From an uncultured Eubacteriales bacterium (GTDB lineage Bacteria; Bacillota; Clostridia; Christensenellales; CAG-138): a DNA stretch of 64,000 nt. Under the pieces are notes generated by a model. That model made no database searches, was not told the origin of the DNA, and saw nothing but the letters and a program-made list of their open reading frames with translations. The stretch lies in NCBI GenBank assembly GCA_902798825.1, contig CADBYI010000014.1:6669-70668 (forward strand). The letters are read 5' to 3'. The first letter of the stretch is position 1, and each line of letters opens with the position of its first letter. The position numbers and the translations under genes are program-made. Shown piece after piece: positions 7,539 to 15,532 of this stretch.

Positions 7539-9479
7539 CTACACCTCGGTGGGCAGGTCCTCTTTGTGCAAGCCCAGCTCCCGGACCAGGGCCCGGGACA
7601 TGGGGAGCAGATCCTCATAGGCGGGGATGGCGCCCTCCACGCCGTCCAGCAGATAGTCCATCGTCAGCACCTCCCGGGAGGTAAGCTCCAAACTGCCGTC
7701 GTTTTTCAGGGTGCCGTCCTGGCTCACCAGCTGCCGCTGGAAGGGCAGCAAGGCGCCGGTCTTGATCTGCTCCATCAGGGAGACGGCCAATGCGCGGGTG
7801 CCCTCTGGGACCAGGTCCGTCATCTGCACGTCGATGACGCCGCTGTCCATGCCCCACCAGTAGTGGATGGCCTCCGGGGCCTTCTTCTGGTCGTAGCTGC
7901 CGGACAGGACCGTGCGAACCAAGTTTTCATAGAGCTTGCCCCACATCCAGCAGGGGGAGGCCAGGGGGCAGAGCCGGCCCGCCTCGTCGATGCGATAGGT
8001 GCCGTATTCCCCCATGCCCATGTAATGGGCGTTGGGCACGGGCACGTCCCGGTTGGAGATCACCGAGGCCCCTCGGGCGATAAGCTTCTCCACCGCGTTT
8101 CCCTCCAAACAGCTCCACTCCAGGAGCACCTTCGCCCGGGGATTGGTCATCCGGGCCCCCAGCAAAAAGGCGTTGATGGAGGCGGGGACCCCCAGGATGG
8201 GGTAGGAGGCCACGTAGCCGATCCGATCGTCCCGGGCCATGGCTCCGGCGATGAGACCGGTGATGAACTTGCCCTCGTAGATCCGGCAGTAGTAGCTGCG
8301 GACGCTGGAAAGCCCGGTGCTGGCGGAGCAGTTGAGGAACCGCACCTTGGGATGCTTCACCGCCGCCTTCAGCGTGGGCCCCAGCAGCAGCGGCGTGGTG
8401 GTGAAGACCAGGTCCGCCCCCTCCTCCACCGCTGTATCCAGCAATGTCAGCGTCTCCTCGGGCGTGTCCGCATGGCGGTATTCCCTGACCGTCACCTGGT
8501 CGGGGAAGGTGGCCTTCAGATGCTCCGCCCCCTCCATGTGGCCCCGGGTCCAGGTGCTGACGATCTCGTCTTGCTGGTAGAGAATGGCCACGTTCAGCCG
8601 CTTTGGCGCGGGGGAGATGATCTTGGTGAGCAGGCTCTTCTGCTCCTCCTCCGGGGCGGTCTTCACCTGGACTGTGTCCGCCTCCGTGGCCGTGACCTGC
8701 ACGTCCTCCCACAGGCCGGACAGGGTGGCCTTCAGCTCCTTGGAGGTCAGGGTGCTGAGCTGTTCATAGGGATAGACCCGGAGCCACAGCAGCAGCGCTT
8801 CCTCGGCGGACAGGTCCTTGCCCGGGCCGCCCAGGGCGGCAAAGGCCTCCCAGAAGTAGTGGAGGCGGGCGGAGAACCGGCGGCGCTCCTCCTCGGGCCA
8901 GACCTCTCCGGGCTTCTTGTCCAGGGCGGCCAGAAGCTTTGCGTACTGGCCGGGCTTTTGAAACTGAACTTCATAGGACCCGGTGAGCCGGTGAAAGTCC
9001 ACAAACTCATAGTAGGCCCGGATGCGGGGATCGTCGCTCCGCTCCGGCAGGACCCGGCGGATGTTGCTCATCACCCGGGTGTTCCCAAAGTGCTTGAGGA
9101 CGCTGACCCGCTTGTTCCCCTCCTGGACGTAGAAATTCCCCAGATACTCATAGCAGAGGATGGGATCCCTAAGGCCCGTGTCGGACAGGTTGGCCTCGCA
9201 CAGGGCCATCCACTTTTGGGCGAACTCGCTTTCCTCCGGAAGCAGGGGCAAGAACCCCGCCGTCAGGGCCGAGGTCCGGCCCCGGGTCCGGGTGCCCACG
9301 ATCCGATCCATGGGGATCTCCTGGCTCTTGAGTTCCTGAACGGTGAGCTTGCCCATGTCCGGCAGCAGCTCCTCCAGCACCGCGGGACCCGGGTCCTTGC
9401 CCAAGGCCGTCAGTCTGGCGTATTCCTTCTGGCCCTCCTTGAGAGCGGCCGCATATTCTTCTCGAACGGTAAAATTCAT
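7539..9479 (-). CDS. ParB/Srx-like N-terminal domain fused to a BMP-family (PnrA-like) nucleoside-binding domain; no signal peptide
   Basis: 646 aa. N-terminal part carries YLGNFYVQEGNKRVSVLKHFG (ParB/sulfiredoxin-type GxxR box, nt ~9080-9143). C-terminal ~350 aa resembles a BMP periplasmic-binding fold (RLNVAILYQQ..., GADLVFTTT, YVASYPILGV). No hydrophobic leader or lipobox. Confidence 0.65.
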   Translation of the reverse strand: MNFTVREEYAAALKEGQKEYARLTALGKDPGPAVLEELLPDMGKLTVQELKSQEIPMDRIVGTRTRGRTSALTAGFLPLLPEESEFAQKWMALCEANLSDTGLRDPILCYEYLGNFYVQEGNKRVSVLKHFGNTRVMSNIRRVLPERSDDPRIRAYYEFVDFHRLTGSYEVQFQKPGQYAKLLAALDKKPGEVWPEEERRRFSARLHYFWEAFAALGGPGKDLSAEEALLLWLRVYPYEQLSTLTSKELKATLSGLWEDVQVTATEADTVQVKTAPEEEQKSLLTKIISPAPKRLNVAILYQQDEIVSTWTRGHMEGAEHLKATFPDQVTVREYRHADTPEETLTLLDTAVEEGADLVFTTTPLLLGPTLKAAVKHPKVRFLNCSASTGLSSVRSYYCRIYEGKFITGLIAGAMARDDRIGYVASYPILGVPASINAFLLGARMTNPRAKVLLEWSCLEGNAVEKLIARGASVISNRDVPVPNAHYMGMGEYGTYRIDEAGRLCPLASPCWMWGKLYENLVRTVLSGSYDQKKAPEAIHYWWGMDSGVIDVQMTDLVPEGTRALAVSLMEQIKTGALLPFQRQLVSQDGTLKNDGSLELTSREVLTMDYLLDGVEGAIPAYEDLLPMSRALVRELGLHKEDLPTEV

Positions 9480-9599
9480 ATCATGTTCCTTTCGACGTTG
9501 CCCTATCTTATCAGAAGGGTCCCCCTTTTGCCAATAGCGATTTTATCTTGTCCTATGCCAAATGATACATACCAAAATGGGTCCGGGCGGAAAATTGGG

Positions 9600-9628
9600 T
9601 TGTTATCGGGGCGAAAATGCGCTAATAT
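9600..9628 (+). promoter_or_regulatory. candidate sigma-70 promoter for the MFS gene
   Basis: TTGTTA - 17 nt - TAATAT, about 30 nt upstream of the GGGAGGGG RBS and the ATG at 9659. Confidence 0.4.
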
Positions 9629-9658
9629 GATAGGGATCATTCCACCGGGAGGGGACAC

Positions 9659-11224
9659 ATGAAACTCAACTACAAGCGCACCATCTTCGTCGGCTTCGCC
9701 TTTTTTTTGATCTGCACCTTCTGGCAGGCCTACGACACCATCATCCCCAAGATACTGACCGACAAGTTCGGCATGACCCAGGCCCATTCGGGCATCATCA
9801 TGGCCCTGGACAATGTTTTGGCCCTGTTCATGCTGCCCCTTTTCGGCACCATCTCCGACAAGTGCCGCCACCGGCTGGGCCGCCGGACGCCCTTCATCCT
9901 CTTCGGCACCGTGATCGCCGCCGTCCTGCTGGTGGTCCTGTCCTTCGTGGACAACCGGCAGCTGAAAAACATCGAGGCCGTGGCCAAGATCGACGATCCC
10001 GCCGCATTGGAGGTTCTGTACGACGCCGAACAGAACGAGGCCATCCAGACCCCCGACGGCCAGCAGGTGGTGCTGAAGGATCGGTTCTCGAAGGCGGAGT
10101 TTTCCGCCATCACCGCCCAGCGGCTGGATCCGGACACGGGCAAAAAGGTGACCAATGAGGACTATCTGAACTTTGTGGTCCCCGCCCGGCAGCACTATGC
10201 CCAGCAGGTGACGAAGAACAACCCGGGGACGTTGATCCTGTTCATCGGGGTGCTGCTGATCATCCTCATCGCCATGGCCACCTTCCGGTCCCCTGCCGTG
10301 GCGCTGATGCCCGACGTGACCATGAAGCCCCTTCGGTCCAAGGCCAACGCCATCATCAACCTGATGGGCACCGCCGGCGGCATCCTGGTGCTGGCCATGG
10401 GCATGGTGTTCGCCACCGGCGCGGTGAAGAACGCCCTCATGAGCTATACCCTCTTCTTTGCGATCGTGGCCGGGGTCATGCTGCTGGCCCTCGTGATCTT
10501 TAGGTGGCAGGTGGACGAGCCCCGGTTCGTCCGGGAGATGGAGGAGGAGAGCGCCAAATACGACCTCGACGAGGCGGCCCCCGGGGAAAGCGGGGATGCG
10601 GCCACCCGGAAGCTGTCGAAGGGGGAATTCACCTCCCTGCTGCTGATCCTAGTTTCGGTGGTGTTCTGGTTCATGGGCTATAACGCCGTCACCTCCAAAT
10701 ATTCCGTCTATGCGGGCAAGGTTTTGTCCCTGGACTATAACAGCACTCTCATGATCGCCAACGTGGCCGCCATAATCTCTTACCTGCCCGTGGGCATGGT
10801 GGCGAGCAGGATCGGCCGGAAGAAGACCATCCTCATCGGCATCTGCTTCCTGGCCACCGCCTTCGGTGTGGCCTCCTTCCTGCGGGAGGGGAGCTCCGCC
10901 TTGCTCATGAACTGCATGTTCGCCCTGGCCGGCATCGGCTGGGCCACCATCAACGTGAACAGCTTCCCCATGGTGGTGGAGCTGTCCCGGGGCGGCGACG
11001 TGGGCAAGTACACGGGCTTTTACTACACGGCCAGCATGGCCGCCCAAACCTTCACGCCCTACTTCTCCGGCGCCCTCATGGACCGGATGGGCATGACCAC
11101 CCTGTTCCCCTACGCCACGGTGTTCGTGGTCCTGGCCGCCTTCACCATGCTGTTCGTGAAGCACGGCGACAGCAAGCCCATCCCCGCCAAGAGCCGGCTG
11201 GAAGCTCTGGACGTGGGGGATTGA
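9659..11224 (+). CDS. MFS transporter (SLC45/glycoside-type)
   Basis: 521 aa, about 12 hydrophobic segments, motif GTISDKCRHRLGRRTPFILFG after TM2. Confidence 0.8.
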   Translation: MKLNYKRTIFVGFAFFLICTFWQAYDTIIPKILTDKFGMTQAHSGIIMALDNVLALFMLPLFGTISDKCRHRLGRRTPFILFGTVIAAVLLVVLSFVDNRQLKNIEAVAKIDDPAALEVLYDAEQNEAIQTPDGQQVVLKDRFSKAEFSAITAQRLDPDTGKKVTNEDYLNFVVPARQHYAQQVTKNNPGTLILFIGVLLIILIAMATFRSPAVALMPDVTMKPLRSKANAIINLMGTAGGILVLAMGMVFATGAVKNALMSYTLFFAIVAGVMLLALVIFRWQVDEPRFVREMEEESAKYDLDEAAPGESGDAATRKLSKGEFTSLLLILVSVVFWFMGYNAVTSKYSVYAGKVLSLDYNSTLMIANVAAIISYLPVGMVASRIGRKKTILIGICFLATAFGVASFLREGSSALLMNCMFALAGIGWATINVNSFPMVVELSRGGDVGKYTGFYYTASMAAQTFTPYFSGALMDRMGMTTLFPYATVFVVLAAFTMLFVKHGDSKPIPAKSRLEALDVGD

Positions 11225-11235
11225 GGAACGTAGCC

Positions 11236-11763
11236 ATGTCTTCCATAGATCGGATGATGAAGGACTATGAGCTGGAGGAGATAGAGGAGGCGGGAGGCAA
11301 GGTCCGCCGCCGGTACGTGTACCGGGGGGATCGATACGAGCGCCAAGTCACCCCCACTCAGCGGCGAAGGGAGCGGTATGCGGGGGTGCTGGCGGCCCTT
11401 CTGGCCGGAGGAGCGACCCTGTTCGCCACCGTACAGGACACGCCCGCCAACAAAAGCGGCTTCTTCGGCGTGATCTCGGTCCTGTCCCTTCTCCCCGTGA
11501 TCGGGGTGCTGACCGGGGCCGTCGTCGCCTTTTTCAAAAAGGGGGATTTGACCGCAGGCGAATACCGGGAGCGGCGGCTGCTCCTCACGGCAATGCCCCT
11601 GCTGGGAGCGGTCCTGCTGCTGCTGTTGGCGGTGGGCTACGCCCTTCACAGGGCCTATGTCCCCCTGCTGGCGGCCCTCCTTTCGGCCGGGCTCTATGGC
11701 CTCACCGCCATCCGCGAGCTGAAGGTGAAGTACACCGTCCATCCGGGTCGACAGACCAAATAA
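11236..11763 (+). CDS. hypothetical membrane protein (about 4 TM)
   Basis: First ATG of ORF 11221..11763 (the track start is TTG and overlaps the upstream stop). Charged N-terminus followed by four hydrophobic helices. GC3-rich codons. Confidence 0.5.
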   Translation: MSSIDRMMKDYELEEIEEAGGKVRRRYVYRGDRYERQVTPTQRRRERYAGVLAALLAGGATLFATVQDTPANKSGFFGVISVLSLLPVIGVLTGAVVAFFKKGDLTAGEYRERRLLLTAMPLLGAVLLLLLAVGYALHRAYVPLLAALLSAGLYGLTAIRELKVKYTVHPGRQTK

Positions 11764-11768
11764 ACGAA

Positions 11769-11792
11769 AGCGCCCCGAGGGGCGCTTTTTTC
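11769..11792. terminator. intrinsic terminator between convergent genes
   Basis: gcgccc-cgag-gggcgc hairpin followed by T6, lying between the convergent stops at 11763 and 11808. Confidence 0.7.
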
Positions 11793-11807
11793 CTTTGGGC
11801 TGTCGGA

Positions 11808-12755
11808 TTAATAAAACGTGGCCACGGGCTCCTCGGGCTCCTGCCAGGGCTCGATGGCCAGAACGTTGAACACGGGACCCTTCTTGCCGTAGATGGTGGA
11901 GAAGCGGACCTCGATCTTGGCGGTGACCTTGTACCAGCCCTGATTTTGGAGGGAGGCCGCGTTGTCGTACTTGAAGGCGAAGGCGGCGAACTGGATGTCC
12001 GCGGCGCAGCACTGCATGAGCTGCCGCCCGGCTACGAAGGTGTCCTTGGGCATCCGGTTGTTTCGGGCCACCAGGGCGGTGAACTCCACCACCTTCCCGT
12101 GGTATTTCTTGAAGTCCTCCACCAGGTCCTGATAGAACAGGGCGTAGTCCCGATCCGCCACCTTCACGATGGGTGCGTCCACGTCGAAGGGCAGGGGGTC
12201 CACGATCTCGTCGTACTCGGTCTTGCCGCTGTCGTAGGAATAGGCGATGTCTGCCTGGCGGGTGATGGCCCGAACGATCTTGTGCAGGGCCATCTTGTCC
12301 GTGTCCTCCGTGACCCGGTTGAAGAGCACCAGCTCCGCGGTCCTTAGTTTATCCACCACCAGCTGCCGCATATTGGCGTTGTAGACGGCGAAGGTGGTGG
12401 AATCGAAGAACAGGGTCTCCCCGGCGATGGACCAGCTCTCGGGCAGGGCCTGGAAAAGGCTGTTGTTCAGCCACATGCCGTTGTATTCCACGATGATCCG
12501 GGCGGGTTTATACTGCTTCGTCAGGGCCAGGAGGTGGCCCTCGGTGAGCCGATCCTCGCTGTCGATGAAAACGATGCTGACCTTTCCCTTCTTGGAGAAG
12601 CGGTCGGGCTGGAGCTCCTCCTCGCCCTCCTCGCACTGGATCACCAGCGTGGGATGGCCGTTGTTGAATTCCTTATCCTCCAGCAGGCTTTGGACGAAGG
12701 TGGTCTTGCCTGCGTCCAAAAAGCCCGTAAACAGGAATACAGGGATATCTTCCAT
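11808..12755 (-). CDS. G3E-family (CobW-like) GTP-binding protein lacking the CxCC motif
   Basis: 315 aa with P-loop FTGFLDAGKTTF. The start lies 3 nt after the stop of the upstream G3E gene. Confidence 0.7.
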   Translation of the reverse strand: MEDIPVFLFTGFLDAGKTTFVQSLLEDKEFNNGHPTLVIQCEEGEEELQPDRFSKKGKVSIVFIDSEDRLTEGHLLALTKQYKPARIIVEYNGMWLNNSLFQALPESWSIAGETLFFDSTTFAVYNANMRQLVVDKLRTAELVLFNRVTEDTDKMALHKIVRAITRQADIAYSYDSGKTEYDEIVDPLPFDVDAPIVKVADRDYALFYQDLVEDFKKYHGKVVEFTALVARNNRMPKDTFVAGRQLMQCCAADIQFAAFAFKYDNAASLQNQGWYKVTAKIEVRFSTIYGKKGPVFNVLAIEPWQEPEEPVATFY

Positions 12756-12758
12756 AGC

Positions 12759-13943
12759 TTACACCCGGAACAGTTTCTGGAGGGCGTCCTCCTTCAGATC
12801 GGAGCCGATGACGCAGATGCGGCCGGTGAAGGCGGCGGGGCCCGTGCGGACCTGCTGCTCCTCGGGCACGTAGTCATAGTGGATCCACTGGCCGTCCGTG
12901 CCGGCCACCACGCCCTTGGCCCTAAGAACGGCGCCGTAGGCAGCTGCGTCGTTCAGCTTGGTCAGGATGCTCTCGATCTCGTCCTTGCTGTACTTGTTGG
13001 CGGTCTCCACGCCCCAGCTGGTGAACACCTCGTCGGCGTCGTGGCCGTGGTGGTGATGATGGTGGTGATGTTCGTGCTCGTCGTCATCGTCCTCGTCGTG
13101 GTGATGGTGATGATGATGCTCGTGCTCATCCTCGTCGTCGTCATCATCGTGGTGATGGTGATGATGGTGCTCGTGCTCGTCATCGTCATCGTCGTGGTGA
13201 TGGTGATGATGATGGTGCTCGTGCTCATCCTCATCGTCATCATCGTGGTGATGATGGTGGTGGCAGGCGCACTCCGGATCGTCGCACTCCTCGTCATCAT
13301 CGTCATCATGGGCCGCCTCGGCGAGCTCCTTCAGGGCCGCCTCCAGGGTGTCCTTGCGCTCCATGGCGGAGAGGATCGTCTCGCCGGAAAGCTCGCTCCA
13401 GGGGGTGGTGATGATCACGGCGTTGGGGTTGTGCTCCCGAAGCAGGGCCAGGGTCTCGGTGAGCTTTTCCTCGCTCACGTCCTGGGTCCGGCTCAGAATG
13501 ATGGCGCTGGCGCTCTCCACCTGGTTGTTGAAGAATTCGCCGAAGTTCCTCATATAGACCTTGGCCTTCTTGGCGTCCACCACGGTGGTGAAGCTGTTGA
13601 GGGCGATGTCGTGGGAGTCGATCCGCTCCACGGCGCCGATCACGTCGGAGAGCTTGCCCACACCCGAGGGCTCGATCAGGATTCGGTCGGGAGCGTACTC
13701 GGAAAGGACCTTTTTCAGCGCCCGGCCGAAGTCCCCCACCAGGGAGCAGCAGATGCAGCCGGAGTTCATCTCGTTCACCTGAATGCCCGCGTCCTGCATG
13801 AAGGCGCCGTCGATGCCGATCTCGCCGAATTCGTTCTCGATCAGCACCAGCTTTTCGCCCTTGTAGGCTTCCGCAATGAGCTTCTTGATCAGGGTCGTTT
13901 TCCCCGCGCCCAGAAAGCCGGAGAAGATGTCAATCTTAGTCAT
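12759..13943 (-). CDS. COG0523/CobW-type metallochaperone GTPase with a His/Asp-rich insertion
   Basis: P-loop GFLGAGKTTL and GCICCS metal-binding motif. I prefer the ATG at 13943 (MTKIDIF...) because a GGAGG lies 12 nt upstream of it; the ORF-track start is 13964. Confidence 0.8.
   Translation of the reverse strand: MTKIDIFSGFLGAGKTTLIKKLIAEAYKGEKLVLIENEFGEIGIDGAFMQDAGIQVNEMNSGCICCSLVGDFGRALKKVLSEYAPDRILIEPSGVGKLSDVIGAVERIDSHDIALNSFTTVVDAKKAKVYMRNFGEFFNNQVESASAIILSRTQDVSEEKLTETLALLREHNPNAVIITTPWSELSGETILSAMERKDTLEAALKELAEAAHDDDDDEECDDPECACHHHHHHDDDDEDEHEHHHHHHHHDDDDDEHEHHHHHHHDDDDDEDEHEHHHHHHHDEDDDDEHEHHHHHHHHGHDADEVFTSWGVETANKYSKDEIESILTKLNDAAAYGAVLRAKGVVAGTDGQWIHYDYVPEEQQVRTGPAAFTGRICVIGSDLKEDALQKLFRV
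13040..13262 (-). repeat. in-frame tandem repeats encoding (H7-8)(D/E5-8)HE units
   Basis: About five imperfect 48-51-nt units of cac/cat plus gac/gat/gag codons lie inside the CobW-like CDS. Confidence 0.8.
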
Positions 13944-14035
13944 ACTATTATTTTCTGCCTCCATATTAAATCAATCTATTATAGACATAAAACCCTGGCT
14001 TTTCAAGGGCACAGGACAGCAACTTCACCGTTTTG

Positions 14036-14064
14036 TTGAAATTGTTTCGAAAGGCTGGTATGAT
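14036..14064 (+). promoter_or_regulatory. candidate sigma-70 promoter for tldD
   Basis: TTGAAA - 17 nt - TATGAT, 29 nt upstream of the ATG at 14093. Confidence 0.4.
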
Positions 14065-14092
14065 TGAAAAAAACAACACAGGAGGTACAAGA

Positions 14093-15520
14093 ATGCAGGT
14101 ACAGCGCAGCGCGTTTTTGCGGGATGCCAAGCCCCTGCTGCAGGAGCTGATCGGGCGGCTGTCGGAGAAGTACGGCTATGCGTCCGTGCTGGCGGCCGAC
14201 ACCCGGAGCAAGGCATACCGGGTGGGGAACACCGGCGTCAACGTGGGGGAGGACGAGCTGTTCACCCGCCGGGGCTTCGTGCTCAAGGTCTACGACGGCC
14301 GATCCTACGGGGAGTATTCCTTCACCCATCTGGACGAGGCGGCCATCCCCGCCATTGAGGCAGAGGTGGCGGAGCGGCTCATGCCCCTGGAGGGCCTTCC
14401 TGAGGGGCTGACCCTCAGTGAATACGGGCAGATCCCCGACGAACCCGCGGTGCTCCTCAAGAGCACGGAGTATGCCGTCCACCCGGACCAGAGGGGGGAC
14501 GAGGCCATACTGTCCGCCCTCACCGCCATTCGGGACGACGCCAGGGGCCGGGACGAGAGGATCATCGACTGCACCATCCGGTTCGAGTTCCAGGAGATAC
14601 ACAAGCTCTTCCTATCCCCCCATCGGGATTTGGAGCAGAATCTGCTGTGGAGCGACGGCGCCCTTGACGTCATGTGCCCCAAGGGGGACGACATCGTCAG
14701 CTATTACGACAGCGCCTCCGTCCTGGGCGGCGCCGAGGTGCTGGACACGCTCCGGGGGAAGCTGGACAACGCGGTGAAGAGCGCTCTGGAGCTCATCGAC
14801 AGCGAAAGCATGGTGCCGGGGGAATATGAGTGCGTGTGCACCCCCGCCGTCACGGGCATGATCGTCCACGAGGCCTTCGGCCATGGGGTGGAGATGGATA
14901 TGTTCGTGAAGGATCGGGCCCAGGCCAAACGGTTCATGGGCCAGTATGTGGCCTCGCCCCTGGTCACCATGCACGACGGCGCCGCCGTGAAGCAGGACAC
15001 GGGCTCCTACTTCTTCGACGACGAGGGGGTCCTGTCCCACGATACGGTCATCATCGAAAAGGGCATCTTGAAGCGGGGCATCAGCGACGCCCAGAGCGCC
15101 ATGCATCTGGGCACCGAGCCCACGGGCAACGGCCGCCGGGAGAGCTTCGAGCGCAAGGCTTACACCCGCATGACCAACACCTATTTCGAGCCGGGAACGG
15201 ATACCCTGGGGGACATGATAGCCTCCGTGAAGGACGGCTTTTTGCTGGACAACCCCAGCAGCGGCATGGAGGACCCCAAGAATTGGGGCATTCAGTGTAT
15301 GGTGAACGTGGCCCGGGAGATCAAGAACGGGAAGCTCACCGGCCGTATCTTCTCGCCCACCGTGCTGACGGGCTATGTGCCGGATCTGCTGAAGTCCATC
15401 ACCATGGTTTCGAAGGACTTCGACCTGGAGGGCGGCGGCATGTGCGGCAAGGGCTGGAAGGAATGGGTGAAGGTAAGCGACGGCGGTCCCTGCATCAAGG
15501 CCCGCATCCGTTTGGGATAA
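14093..15520 (+). CDS. tldD: TldD-family metalloprotease
   Basis: HEAFGHGVE (HExxxH) motif. The ATG at 14093 is preceded by GGAGG at 14081; the ORF-track start at 14033 has no RBS. Confidence 0.8.
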   Translation: MQVQRSAFLRDAKPLLQELIGRLSEKYGYASVLAADTRSKAYRVGNTGVNVGEDELFTRRGFVLKVYDGRSYGEYSFTHLDEAAIPAIEAEVAERLMPLEGLPEGLTLSEYGQIPDEPAVLLKSTEYAVHPDQRGDEAILSALTAIRDDARGRDERIIDCTIRFEFQEIHKLFLSPHRDLEQNLLWSDGALDVMCPKGDDIVSYYDSASVLGGAEVLDTLRGKLDNAVKSALELIDSESMVPGEYECVCTPAVTGMIVHEAFGHGVEMDMFVKDRAQAKRFMGQYVASPLVTMHDGAAVKQDTGSYFFDDEGVLSHDTVIIEKGILKRGISDAQSAMHLGTEPTGNGRRESFERKAYTRMTNTYFEPGTDTLGDMIASVKDGFLLDNPSSGMEDPKNWGIQCMVNVAREIKNGKLTGRIFSPTVLTGYVPDLLKSITMVSKDFDLEGGGMCGKGWKEWVKVSDGGPCIKARIRLG

Positions 15521-15532
15521 GGAGGAAGCAGT

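Noticed and set aside
7566-9662. 698-aa plus-strand ORF antisense to the ParB-BMP gene
   Set aside because: Low-complexity G/A/P/L/H-rich translation with no motifs, whereas the opposite strand has coherent domain structure.
13040-13262. Regularly spaced tandem DNA repeats that could at first glance suggest a CRISPR-like or minisatellite array
   Set aside because: The repeats are contiguous with no spacers, in frame, and translate to His/Asp/Glu blocks inside a CDS with intact flanking domains. This is a coding low-complexity repeat, not CRISPR.
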